NCBI GenBank assembly: GCA_020891255.1
Contig: BQFW01000002.1
Coordinates: 2,852,001-2,916,000 of the forward strand
DNA length: 64,000 bases
Reading direction: 5' to 3'
Origin: Entomortierella parvispora E1425
Taxonomy: Eukaryota; Fungi; Mortierellomycota
How positions within the stretch are numbered: the stretch's first letter is position 1; the number at the start of each line of letters is the position of its first letter. The notes under the pieces were generated by a model. The model was not told the origin of the DNA. It searched no databases and saw only the letters and a list, made by a program, of their open reading frames with translations. The position numbers and the translations under genes are program-made. This document shows positions 24,972 to 36,657 of this stretch, in pieces.

Positions 24972-25769
24972 GAAGGTTTGTGAAAGATCTTTCAATAAAT
25001 CAGACGCGCGTTTTGTCATATGAAATGGATTGCATGAGAAGGCGACGGAAAATGGGTACGAGTTTGGCCCTGCATGACTTAAAAATCTGGGAGAAGGTCT
25101 TTTTTGAATATGACCCATGCACGCGATGCGACAGAAAAAGCCAACCAAAGCAAAAGCAAAGCAAAAGAGCCAAGGAATGTTCAGCACGTTGTGTCCACAA
25201 GCACAACAGGTGCATGTGTGAAACTGGGAAATGTGGTTTAGATTTTTTGATTGTCGAGCAGCTGCTGGTGAAGGGTCCACACACACAATGCAATGGACAG
25301 ACCTCTTTTTTTTTTTTTGGCTCCTCCTGTCCCCTCATTCCTCATTCTCTGAACGAGTGAAGAAAGATTCAGTATCCCTGCCAAGAAAAAAAAGAGTCAA
25401 GCTCATTCCACAGGAAATGCAGGTAGACCGAGGCGGGAAGACTGGAAAGAATCCTCGGCCGAGAAAAAAAGGTGCATGCATTCATGTAGACAGGCTGATC
25501 GACAGAAAGACTGGGAGGGAGCAACAGCATGGCATTGAAAGTGCATCAATACTTTCTTTTACAAAAATAATAAAGAAGAGCTTTTTGCAACGGCTGGAAT
25601 GTACATATCCTTCATGACACAAGTAAAAAAAAAGTGTGTGTGATGTTCTACGCTGCATTTGCTGCATGGTGTCGTACCATCGGCTGGAAAGATGCAATGC
25701 AATGCAGTGCAGGTGCAGTCAGCTGGTATGTACCTGATCACGTCGTCGTCACTTTTTTGTCCACGAACG

Positions 25770-25800
<31 letters not shown>

Positions 25801-26133
25801 GAGGTGGAGAGGGAATGAATGAGCGAGAGCAATTGAGTGCAAAAAGCAAGCAAAAAGCAAAATGCAAGATGACACGTCTTTTTGTGCCAGGAAAACCACT
25901 TTTGATCCCATGGTCTTCACCCTCCTTCTTTCTTCTCTCTTTCTTTGTCTCTCACAGAATGCATGCTCTCTCTCTCTCTTCTTGTTTGTACCACTGCCAC
26001 ATCTCGTTCTTTTGTTGTTGATTGTTGTTGTTGTTGTGTTCGTTTCAAAAAATAAAAATAAAAAAATGGAACGTGGAAAATATAGTCGTGCAACGGTCTA
26101 TCGGAAGCACCAACAAACAGCCTTTGGCTTGGG

Positions 26134-26136
<3 letters not shown>

Positions 26137-26164
<28 letters not shown>
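26137..26164. repeat. (GA)14 microsatellite
   Basis: Direct read. Confidence 0.95.
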
Positions 26165-26166
<2 letters not shown>

Positions 26167-27042
26167 CGGGGGTGAGTGCTCACATGGCTCAACACACTCT
26201 GTTGGCTTCTGTAATTTTTTTTTTCTATCTTTCTGGTTCTCTCTCGCCGGTTTTGGAGAGTGAAGCAAATCGAGGGTAAGAGTTTTTTTGCAATCTCCAT
26301 CTTTTTTTATTTTCCTTTCGAGTGCTCTCTTCGCTCATTTTATTATTGTTTTGTCAAGTAAGGCGTCCAAAGTACGCCATTCAGTCTGACCTGCATGAAA
26401 TTCCCCTACCGTCCATGGTCACTCCCGCTGTCCCGGTAGAAGGTCTTTTTTATGCAGAAAAAGGACGGGAGTGGGACCAGGACTGTCCATGCAAGAGAGT
26501 CAAAAAGAAGAAAAGAACATTGCAAAGGTAAAGGCGTGTTGAGTTTCTGGGTGTAGGATGTGGATCGGTCGGCAAGTGAAAAAATATAAAGAAGCAGAGA
26601 ATAACATTCGAGTTTGCTACAATAGACAGACGAAGAGGGAAGAGGAGAGGGTGGGGGGTTTCTGGTTGCCGTGTTGCTCTTGTTCTGTTGCTCGTTCGTT
26701 CGTGAGGAGACATAGACACGAAAAGAGAACGAGAGAGAAAAAAAGAAAAAAAAATCGCTCTCAACCGGCTCGAATGAACGAACGAACAGGCAGAGAATGG
26801 GGCGTCTTTTTTTTGCGTCTCTCTCTTTTTTTGTCGCCTCAAAGAACGGACGTCTCTCTTCTTTTTTTTTTTTTTGTTCTCTTTTCTTTTTCTTCATCAT
26901 CATCGTTTTCACCCCCCCGCCTCTCCATTCATCATCCCATTGCCCACCACCTGTAACGACACACCCGACTTGCTCTCTTTACGACCGTGCTCTCACTCTA
27001 CTCCAACCACACACAATATCCCCGCACCCCACAATCCTAGTA

Positions 27043-29524
27043 ATGTCTGATACCACCGGTATGTTCACACTCAGCCACCCCTGCCTACGGTGCCTGGCCC
27101 TGTCCCTGGTTCTTCTCTGTCTCTCGCCCCTGCCTTTGTGTCTTTATGGTCGTTGTTTCGTCTCTATACCTTTCTACGACAGTCAGATATGAAGGAATGG
27201 GACCTCTGTCTATCAGGATGCCTACATCACCCACGGCATGGAAACACACAGCCAAAAGAAAAAGAAGGAAAAAAAAAAAAAAGACCGTGGAGTGTCCTCG
27301 TGCTCCACTCTGCCTCCCTGTCCGTGTCTACAGGACACGTCTCCGTCGTTTCCTTCCTCCTTATTTCCTATGTCATTGAGTGCTGGGGCCACCACTGCAA
27401 AGGATCTATCTTTTCCTCCCCTGTTTGGTCTACTGACTCGTCCTTTCTCTGTTTCCGATCCACCTTTTGTCCTTTTGTCCTTGAACAAAAAAAAAAACAA
27501 AAACAAAAAATATAGAACAAACTGTCGTTGTCGCCGCTGAGCTCAAGGAAGAGCAGCAGACTCCCGTTTCCGCCACTGTCGTCGAGACCGAGTCAGTTGT
27601 GGAGGAGACCAAGATCGCTGCTGAGGAGAAGAAGGACCAGGAGCAGGAATTGAAGGATCAGGAGGCCCAGAAGGCCGAGGCCACGGCCGCTGCCGAGGCT
27701 GCTGCTGCCGAGGTGGAGGCTTCCAAGAAGGCCGCTGAGGCTGAGGAGGAGGCCGCCCGTGTTGCTGCCGAGACCAAGGCTGCTGAGGAAAAGGCTGCCG
27801 CTGAAGCCGAGGCTGCTCGTTTGGTCGCTGAGGAGGAGGCTGCCCGTGTCGCTGCTGAGAAGAAGGCCGCTGAGGCTGAGGCCGAGGCCGCTCGTGTTGC
27901 TGCCGAGACCAAGGCTGCTGAGGAAAAGGCTGCCGCTGAAGCCGAGGCTGCTCGTTTGGTCGCTGAGGAGGAGGCTGCCCGTGTCGCTGCTGAGAAGAAG
28001 GCCGCCGAGGAGAAGGCTGCCGCTGAAGCCAAGGCCGCTGAGGAAAAGGCCACTGCTGAGGCCGAGGCCGCTCGTATTGCTGCTGAGGAGGAGGCTGCCC
28101 GCGTTGCCGCTGAGAAGAAGGCTGCTGAGGAAAAGGCCGCTGCCGAGGCCGAGGCTGCTCGTGTTGCTGCTGAGGAGGAAGCTGCCCGCGTTGCCGCTGA
28201 GAAGAAGGCTGCTGAAGAAAAGGCTGCTGCCGAGGCTGAGGCTGCCCGTCTCGCCGCTGAGGCCGAGGCTGCTCGTGTGGCTGCCGAGAAAAAGGCTGCT
28301 GAAGAAAAGGCCGCTGCTGAGGCTGAGGCTGCCCGTTTGGCTGCTGAGGAGGAAGCCGCCCGTGTTGCTGCTGAGGCCAAGGCCGCTGAAGAGAAGGCTG
28401 CTGCTGAAGCTGAAGCCGCCCGTATTGCCGCTGAGGAGGAGGCTGCTCGTCTCGCTGCCGAGAAAAAGGCCGCTGAGGAAAAGGCCGCTGCTGAGGCTGA
28501 GGCTGCCCGTCTTGCCGCTGAGGAGGAGGCCGCCCGTGTTGCTGAAGAGTTGAAGGCTGCTGCTGAGGCCGAGGCCGCTCGTGTCGCTGCCGCTGCCAAG
28601 GCTGCTGAAGAGGAGGCGGCTGCCGCCAAGGCTGCTGCTGAGGAAGCTGCTCGTGTTGCTGCCCAGAAGGCCGCAGAGGAGAAGGCCGCTGCCGAGGCCG
28701 AGGCTGCCCGTCTCGCCGCTGAGGCCAAGGCTACAGAGGAGAAGGCTGCAGCTGAGAAGGCCGCCGCCGAGGAAGAAGCTCGCCAGCTCGCTGCTGCTGC
28801 TGAGGCCGCTGCTCAGGCAGAGGCTGCCCGTATTGCTGCAGAGTTGAAGGCCGCTGAGGAGGAGGCCGCCAAGAAAGCTGCTGAGGCCAAGGCTGCTGCC
28901 GAAGCTGAAGCTGCCCGTGTTGCTGCCGAGGCTGAGGCCGCCAAGAAGGCTGCCGAGGAAGAAGCTGCTCGCGTTGCTGCGGAGACCAAGGCTGCTGAAG
29001 AGAAGGCTGCGGCTGAGGCCAAGGCCGCCGCTGAGGAGGCTGCTCGCGTTGCAGAGGAGGCCAAGATTGCCGCTGAGGCTGAAGCCAGGGCCCTGGAGGC
29101 CAAGGTCGCTGAAGAGAAGGCTGCTGCCGAGAAGAAGGCCCAGGAGGCCGTCGCTGCTGTTGAGGTGAAGGCTGAGGAGGGCAAGGACAAGGTCGAGGAT
29201 AGCGTTGTGGCCACTGAGGATGACTCTGACAAGGTGGCTGCTGCTCTCATTGCTGCTGAAGATCAGTCATCGTCTGCTGCACCTGTTCGCGTTGAGGAAG
29301 TCGCTGTTGTGGAGGAGACTGCCCCTGTCGCAGTGGCAGAGACCAAGAAGTCGGATGTGCCCGAGGTGACGACCATCCCCAGCTTGAAGCCCGCAGAGGA
29401 GATCAAGACGGCGGCCGTTGCTGTTGCTGTTGTTCCCACGGCAGCAGCCACGGTTTCGACCGGCAGCAAGAAGGAGAAGAAAGAGAAGAAGGACAAGAAG
29501 GACAAGAAGTGCAGCATCATGTAA
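27043..29524 (+). CDS. Ala/Glu/Lys-rich repetitive helical protein (~674 aa) with C-terminal polybasic tract and CaaX box (CSIM)
   Basis: Exon 1 27043-27058 (MSDTT), intron 27059-27515, exon 2 27516-29524 in frame. Tandem AEAEAARxAAEEEAARVAAEKKAAEEKAAAE repeats; ends KKEKKEKKDKKDKKCSIM*. Confidence 0.8.
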
Positions 29525-29590
29525 AGTGATTCTTGTTTTTTGTTTTCTTTTGTAAGATACCTCCACTCTACACCGTAGTCATCCCTCCAC

Positions 29591-29630
29591 ACAACACAAC
29601 ACAACACAACACAACACAGCACAACACAAC
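29591..29630. repeat. (ACAAC)n pentanucleotide microsatellite, ~8 copies
   Basis: Direct read; one copy is the variant ACAGC. Confidence 0.9.
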
Positions 29631-30018
29631 ACACACCACTCTGTAACGAATCAACCACCCAACCCCACACACCTACCTATACATACATACCCCTTGGTGG
29701 CGAGCAACGAACATCGCAACACCTTTAAAAAGTAATAAACGCGTCGACGACGCGAGAGAAAAAGAAAAAAAAAAGTGCCAAAAGCCAACGTCACCGAATC
29801 TTATTTCCGTCTGACCGGAAGTGAACAGCCGAGGAGGGAAAGAAGGAAAGAGGGAGCGTTGGTTTTGAATGTGCCCTGGCACCCCGCACCCTGTGTCGCC
29901 CTTCCCTTTCTCTCTTTCTTTCTTTCTTTCTTTTCTTCACTCTCTTCTCTCTCCATCTACCCCCTTTTCCCTTTCTCCTTCTCCCCCTCCCTCCCTCCCT
30001 GCTACCATCCATCTCGAC

Positions 30019-33000
30019 ATGGCCCCTGTAGCAGACAAGAAGGGTCTGGTCGTCGCAAGGGTAAGCAATCAGTCATGCCACAGACGCGTGATGCCACTTC
30101 ATCACTGGAACACAAGCCAAAACAACATAAGCGTGGACCCCCTGCTGGATCGCATCCCATTCAAAGTGATGTTGTTGCCATGCGTTTATTCTTGTGCCTG
30201 AGTCTGACATTCTTACATTCTTGTTCCGTCTTTTCTCTTCTTGCTAAATTAGTTCCCAGGAACCGCCATTCCCTGGGCACACACCATCTTTGGCTCGTGT
30301 AAGTCGACTCTCGCTATGCTGCAGGGACAAAGGGTCTTCTTGTAGTCTTTTACAGTGCACGCGATAACCACCGGGCGGGGCGGGATGGACAACCAGGAAC
30401 AGGTTCTGCGCACAGAAATTCGATTGACAGCCCAGCGTCGCGAGCCCGAACCTATTCGGCCGGGTCAAAGCGACCCGGTCTTTGGAACTGGAACCTGGAG
30501 CCAGGCTGCCTGGGCTTTTTTTTTTCACTTTTTTTTTTAATCAAAAAAGAAACTCGATGGGCTGTAGCTTGTTACCAAAAAAAAAAAAAGTTGGCACCAT
30601 GGTGAGGCTGACACAGATCGGTGAGATGATCCGATCGCGGCAGCTGGCACACGCGAAGGAGACTTCAGGACGGGCGAAAGAGAGGTGAAAGAATGTGACA
30701 GCGGGGGAGCGGACTGGATTGTTTCTGAGCAAGACCGACTTTTGGCGAATTGAAGACCCGCCCGGCTGCTGAATCCATGTGGCAAAAATGACGCTTCGCA
30801 GCAGGGCCAGCAGGGAGGGGGCTCTGAGGACCAGCAACTAACGGCACTGAATTGTTCTCTCCGGCCTCGTTGAAATTTCATCGGCTGGTCTTTTAGCCGC
30901 GTTCATCCTTGCCTTCTTGGTTGGATGCTATGCCCATTACCACAAGATCGTCAAGAATGGCGTCGCTGGATACCCAGAGGTAACGAATGCACTTATGCGA
31001 ATGAACCTATACGAATGGACACGATCCTGTATGCATGAGAAGATCCGATCACTTTAGTACTGTTACTCAACCTTTCTCGTTCATTGTCCACAGGAGTGGT
31101 TTCCAAGTGTGAGTGCGACTACTGGAGATTACTATCCTGAGCGCAACCTTTGCCAAATTTTTATTGCCCTTACATCAGGTATGTCCAAGAGGTCATCAGC
31201 ATCTTGACGACAGCAGCACTTGAAAGCATCTGTCCTAAAGCACCCCCTTGTCCGCTCTGTTAGGTCCTCGCCTGGCTCTCTGTGCCCTCTGGTACCTTTT
31301 GATCGTCCGCAATGTTCCCGCCAATGGATCCAAGGGCTTTGCAAAGTTCCTGTTCGTGAACGATGTCATCAGGACTATTGCCTGCGGTGGCTGGGTCTAT
31401 GTCACCTCTACCGATGATCATGATGTTCACGACATTGCCATGTTCGTGTACTTGATCTGCACCATCCCCCATGTTGTCGGCACCATGAAGACCGCCCCCC
31501 AGAACCCCAAGGCGCACAGATACAGATCGATCTTTGCCTACACCTTCTTTGGAGCTCTTATCCCAATGATCTACTACTTTATCCAGCACAACGTCCACCG
31601 CATCCCTGGAGGTAACCATAACAAGCCTTTTATTTGGAAGCTTGATTCGAATTGGTTTCAGACAAAGGAATACTCCATTACAGCCTCTAACATTAATATT
31701 TTCGTGGATTATAGCATACACCTACTATGCTTTCTTTGAATGGTCTTTGATCCTCTCTGACCTTGCCTTTGATGCCATTTGCATGTTTGACTTTAACACC
31801 TTTGAGATCCGTGTTGTGGATGTCGGCGCCACCTCTGGCTCGAGTGCCACCAACGATCTCAAGACCTACGGTGGGGAGCAGAGCTTCCTTGCTTCTCTTG
31901 GACAGATCAAGCCCTTTGAGGCCATCTCCTTTGTCTCGGATGTGTACCTGAGTAAGTTGCAAGCTCCCAGTTGTAGCCAATTCGTGAAAGCCGCAAACGG
32001 TCTTTGACAGTTCCACTAAACACTTTGTTTTTGCTTCTGCAGGCTTTATTTTCTGGTCCATGTTGACTTCGCTGCCACTGATGATCTGGTACTTCCCCCT
32101 GTGGCACATGGGTATTTCTGGATATGAGGCTTTCCTGTTCTGCAACGTTACCGTTGTCTTGTTGGGCATCAACTTCCTCCGTCGCGGTATTGAGCGCTAC
32201 AATGGATTCGTTCATCTGTTGTCTTTGGTTGGCGTTGCCTCTTACAGGATCCTCGACCCCGCTCAGCGTCTTATGGCCGTGGCTGCTGGAGTCTCGCTCT
32301 CTCTTCTCACCTGGGGTGCCACACTTTTTGGACAGCGTCATCAGAATGGACGTGCTGAACGCGGCGTGTTGACTCTTGCTCTTGGATTGATCCTTCACAA
32401 CGTGGTCAAGCAGGCTTGGTGGGCTAACAACCCTATCTGGCCCATCATGAACGAGAACAATGGAGGCCAAAACATGGTCGGCTTGGTCTTGGGCGTCTTG
32501 GCCGCGGTTCAGGTCATGTTGAGACAGGAGCCTGGATCGGATGAGCCAAAGGCGATCGAAAGTCACAAGAAGGGCGAGAGCTGGCTCCTGGCTGCCATCG
32601 GTGCTGGTGGTTACCTTTTCTGCCTTCACTCCATGTTTACGGATTCGACCACGATCAGTCGCTGGTCCCTCGGCGGTTACCCCAACACTGGTCCCCAGCC
32701 TGTGCCCGGCGGTTTGATGGTGATCGCTGCCATGGCCGCAGGTCTTACTCTTTCCTCCAAGCGTCGCTGGGTCACCTCTTTGATTTGGTGGGTTATCGGT
32801 ACTGCTGGCTTGGCCGTGTTGCACTTCAAGGAGGGCGATGTTGGATTCGCTGGCGGAATTCTCTTCACTGTCTATGCCTTGTCGCTTTTCCCTACAATGT
32901 TCCGCTCGCTGACTCGTCAGCCTCCAGGTCGCACCTTCTTGCTGGCCATGCTCGTCTACAACTTCTTGGCCTTGGCTCACGTCTGGGTGGTCGCTTACGC

Positions 33001-34108
33001 CTTCGTCCCTGGTGGTGAGCCCATGCGCGAGCATACCGACTATGTTTTGATCGCCATGCAGACGACCATCTTGCTCGGAATCTTCAACGCCAACTCGGAT
33101 GCATGGAAGGCCGTTTCAGAGGCCAAGTCTCGCTCTGGATTCTCGGCCGCTCGTCTCTACACCAAGCTTTCGTTGATTGGATTGATGTTGGGCTCGATCG
33201 GTATCTGCTATAACCGTTTGCCAAAGTCGGCTCCTCAGCCCCACCACCCTGAGCACAAGTTGATCACGGCCGGTATCTGGACGATTCATTTCGCCATTGA
33301 CAATGACATGTGGAACAGTGAAATTCGTATGCGTGACGCCATCAGGGATTTGGAGCTGGATGTCATTGGTCTCTTGGAGTCGGATCTTCAGAGAATTATC
33401 ATGGGTAACCGTGATTTGACCCAGTTCTTGTCGGAGGACCTCAACATGTATGCGGATTACGGTCCAGGTCCCACCAAGCACACCTGGGGCTGCACCATGC
33501 TCTCCAAGTTCCCCATCAAGCGTTCGACCCATCATCTGTTGCCTTCGCCCAAGGGAGAGCTCGCTTGTGCGATTCACGCAACCTTGGATGTCTATGGCAA
33601 GGAGGTTGATGTCATTGTGTCCCACAACGGTCAGGAGGAGGACTTGTTGGACCGTCGTCTGCAGACCACCGAGTTGGGACGTATCATGCGGGAGTCTGAC
33701 AACCCCTTCCTGTTCTTGGGCTATGTGGTTACCAACGCTGGCAAGGGCAATGAGATTTACGATCTTTTGATGGACGGTGGTCATGTGCACGATATCGAGG
33801 TGGCCGATTGGGACCGTTGGTGCCAGTACTTGGCCTTCCGTGGTGTGAAGCGTACCGGTTACGCTCGTATTTCTCACGGTGGCATCACCGACACTGAGAT
33901 TCAGGTCGGCAAGTACACGTTGTTGGATGACCATCCTACAACCTGGGACAAGTCTCAGTCAATCGAGGACTTCAAGAAGGAGGAGCGCTACCAGCTCATT
34001 GCTGAAAGCCAGGTCCCTGAGGGCTTGCGCTTCCCATCCATATTCAAGGGTCAGGGTATCCGCAAGCATCGCTTCCACGTCTTTGACGATGCCCGCTACT
34101 ACGCCTAA
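30019..34108 (+). CDS. CWH43: CWH43 / PGAP2-interacting protein (GPI-anchor lipid remodelling), multi-exon
   Basis: Frag1/DRAM/Sfk1-type N-terminus ([15 protein letters not shown]|[17 protein letters not shown]...IALTSGPR), [12 protein letters not shown], then the C-terminal EEP-fold domain ([59 protein letters not shown]). Confidence 0.92.
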
Positions 34109-34549
34109 AGAAAAAGAAGAAAAAGACAGATAATAAGTGTATTCAAGTTTCGAAGTAAAAATATCTCATAATTTATCAAACCAGAGAGGGGGGGTGACCA
34201 TTGATTGCCTTCCTTCTTAAGCCTTCCTTCGTAAGCCTTCATCCTCACCTTCAAGGGCGGCCAAAGCGATGGCCCCTGGCGCAGCGATTCAATATCAGAA
34301 TGTGCAAAAGCAACAAAAAGAAAAAAAAAATCTAACCCACGAGGGAACAAGCTGGATCCGTGGTTTTGAAGAAAAAGTCGACGGAAAAAATGAACCAACG
34401 AACATGGTCGTCCGTCGGTTGAGATCCCTCCAACAGGAGGAAAAGGTCAAAAAGAATGACTCGACTGCTCGCCTTGACACTCAGAAGAGTGAAATCGTCC
34501 GTACAGGTAGGACAGAATTTAGAGGCGGGCGAGGTATCTTCATGGTCAA

Positions 34550-34620
34550 TGCGTGGTCCGGGAATCGAACCCGGGTCTACCGCGTGGCAGGCGGTAATTA
34601 TACCACTAAACCAACCACGC
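34550..34620 (-). tRNA. tRNA-Gly(GCC): tRNA-Gly(GCC)
   Basis: Reverse complement reads GCGTGGTTGGTTTAGTGGTATAATTACCGCCTGCCACGCGGTAGACCCGGGTTCGATTCCCGGACCACGCA: full cloverleaf, GCC anticodon, A- and B-boxes, no intron. Confidence 0.97.
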
Positions 34621-34747
34621 TGTTGTTTGATGAACTGTAAAGTTCGAAGATCAGCTCTATATCTGAGGCCCTTAAACTCACGTGACCAGCCTCTCCGTCG
34701 CGTCCCTGCTGTCTGCCCAGAGTGCGCCCCTGTGATACTCATGGCCT

Positions 34748-34768
34748 AGCAACCTTCTTGATGTTCGA
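34748..34768 (+). repeat. Left target-site duplication of the LINE (AGCAACCTTCTTGATGTTCGA)
   Basis: Identical 21-mer at 50641-50661; the first A may belong to the LINE's A-tail. Confidence 0.92.
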
Positions 34769-34848
34769 GAAAAACTCTTCTCCGGACCATAATCTGGACA
34801 CTACATTACACATCCCCGATTTACACCCCTTTCCACTCCCCCACGTTA

Positions 34849-36657
34849 GTGCACAAGAGTGCCATCGCATTCCCAGCCATGCAAGCTGGATCCACGTTCA
34901 ATCAGCGCTCCAATCCGTCACATGACCACAGTGATGGAGAAGAAAATGCGCTCCATTCGGGCCGAGATGGTCAAAACAAGAAACCGAAAATCCACGGTGC
35001 AACCCCCTCGGTGCAGAATAACACCGGCAGCGACCAGCAGCAAACAACAATGCTGTACGAACCGAACGCATTCGTGTACCGCAAGGGCGTTAAGGCACGC
35101 GACATGTTCCAGCAAACCCTCGAACAAAACGAAGACGTCACCATGGAAAACGACGGAACGGAAGACACCGAAGGAGGTGACGCGAACGAGGAAGCAGAGT
35201 GGCATCAAGTCACCCGCGTCAGCGCTCGCTACTTTACGGCATACACCAAGGAGGATTATCTCACCGGAGATACCCGAGATGAAAAGAAACGAGACCTGGT
35301 GTGCCTGTTGGGCAAAGCCGAGCTCAACATCACAGAGGGCCCTTTCCAAGTCAAAATCGATGACGAACCCTGCCTCAAGGTGGCGGTAGAGACCGAGACC
35401 GAGCTTCAAAAGATGCTAGCGATTGGAATCGATATGCCAGACGAAGAGGGCAACGATGTGAGAATTCACATGTTCAAGAGATTGGACAACACCAAGCGGG
35501 AACTTGAAATCGAGCGCACGCTCGAGGTGTATGGCCTGCACCCCCGCACTCACCGAGACCGGATCGAGTCGGCTCTTGGACGGTTCGGAGAGATTGAACG
35601 CATTACAACTCGCCCCTGTACCCGTGGAGTGAAGATCACAGCATCGGTCCTGTTCAGAGAAAAGAAAGCGACTGACGGTATCCGCAACGCCAAATTGTCC
35701 GCAATCTTCGTGGGGAAGGACATGGCCCGCATTCGACGAATTGGAACCCCCGAGCTGATTGAGTGGGACAAAACCATTGTGGCAAAATTGACGGGCCTCC
35801 CTAATGGTACGACCCCCCTGGATTTATCTTCACTCTTGGGACCAGACAAAGCGACGTTCATCACGGTGCCTTGGGCACCGACAAAAGGCGGCACGCAAAG
35901 CCGACGATTGAACGAGGCATTCGTGTACTTTCCCTCGGAGGAGGCGAAAGCAGCTGTGACACGAATGGGTGTGAGTTTCGGAGAGACAAAAAAGGCGCGC
36001 TGGGTAGGACTAGAGGAAAAGGCATGTCATCTGTGTGGCGAAGTGGACCATCTTCGTAAGGACTGTGTGATCTCGAAAGAGATGAAAGAGCAAAAGGCAC
36101 ATATAAGGGCAGTCAAGGCTTTTCAAAAGGGAAAGGCACTCCAGGTGGTACAGGGAAGATCTTTCTCAGACATTGTCAGGAACACACAGGAACAGACCAA
36201 CACGGGAAGCCAACAGAGAGGTGCAGTAACGTTTCAGGAAACCAACAAAAACACCATTGGAAAGGAACAGAAAAAAGACAACAAAGAAGACAATGAGTTG
36301 ATCAAGGAAATGGTTGCGATGAATAAACGGCTGGAAGAAGCCAACAGAGCAATGATGGAGCAGATGAACAATATGTGCCAACTATTCATGGGAATGATGT
36401 CGACAGTATTCATGAGCAACGGAGCTGGAATTGGACAACAGGAAGACAATTCTAAGAAGAACAGTGGAAAAGAAAAGGGAAAAACAGTCGCAGACCTCCC
36501 ACCAATGGGCGTAATGGTGACCAAACTCATGCAAATGTGTATGGAATACCAGGAGAAGGAAAAGCTGACAAGACAGACCAGATTGGATAAAACAAAATTA
36601 CCAGGAACACCCAAACATAGAATGGAACCGCACCTTCACACTGGATCTGATGAATAA
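34849..36657 (+). CDS. LINE ORF1 (gag-like nucleic-acid-binding protein)
   Basis: 602 aa with RRM-like segments, a CX2CX4HX4C knuckle (CHLCGEVDHLRKDC) and a coiled-coil C-terminus. Confidence 0.9.
   Translation: MHKSAIAFPAMQAGSTFNQRSNPSHDHSDGEENALHSGRDGQNKKPKIHGATPSVQNNTGSDQQQTTMLYEPNAFVYRKGVKARDMFQQTLEQNEDVTMENDGTEDTEGGDANEEAEWHQVTRVSARYFTAYTKEDYLTGDTRDEKKRDLVCLLGKAELNITEGPFQVKIDDEPCLKVAVETETELQKMLAIGIDMPDEEGNDVRIHMFKRLDNTKRELEIERTLEVYGLHPRTHRDRIESALGRFGEIERITTRPCTRGVKITASVLFREKKATDGIRNAKLSAIFVGKDMARIRRIGTPELIEWDKTIVAKLTGLPNGTTPLDLSSLLGPDKATFITVPWAPTKGGTQSRRLNEAFVYFPSEEAKAAVTRMGVSFGETKKARWVGLEEKACHLCGEVDHLRKDCVISKEMKEQKAHIRAVKAFQKGKALQVVQGRSFSDIVRNTQEQTNTGSQQRGAVTFQETNKNTIGKEQKKDNKEDNELIKEMVAMNKRLEEANRAMMEQMNNMCQLFMGMMSTVFMSNGAGIGQQEDNSKKNSGKEKGKTVADLPPMGVMVTKLMQMCMEYQEKEKLTRQTRLDKTKLPGTPKHRMEPHLHTGSDE

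Noticed and set aside
25000-27040. Many small ORFs and A/T runs in the 2-kb intergenic region
   Set aside because: Products of poly(A), poly(T) and microsatellite tracts typical of fungal UTRs and promoters.
27658-29250. Long antisense and alternative-frame ORFs over the A/E/K repeat gene
   Set aside because: Shadow ORFs caused by GCN/GAG/AAG codon repetition.
30300-30880. Long CWH43 intron with a GATCGG/CCGATC hairpin as a possible intronic snoRNA
   Set aside because: No convincing paired C/D or H/ACA boxes with terminal stem.
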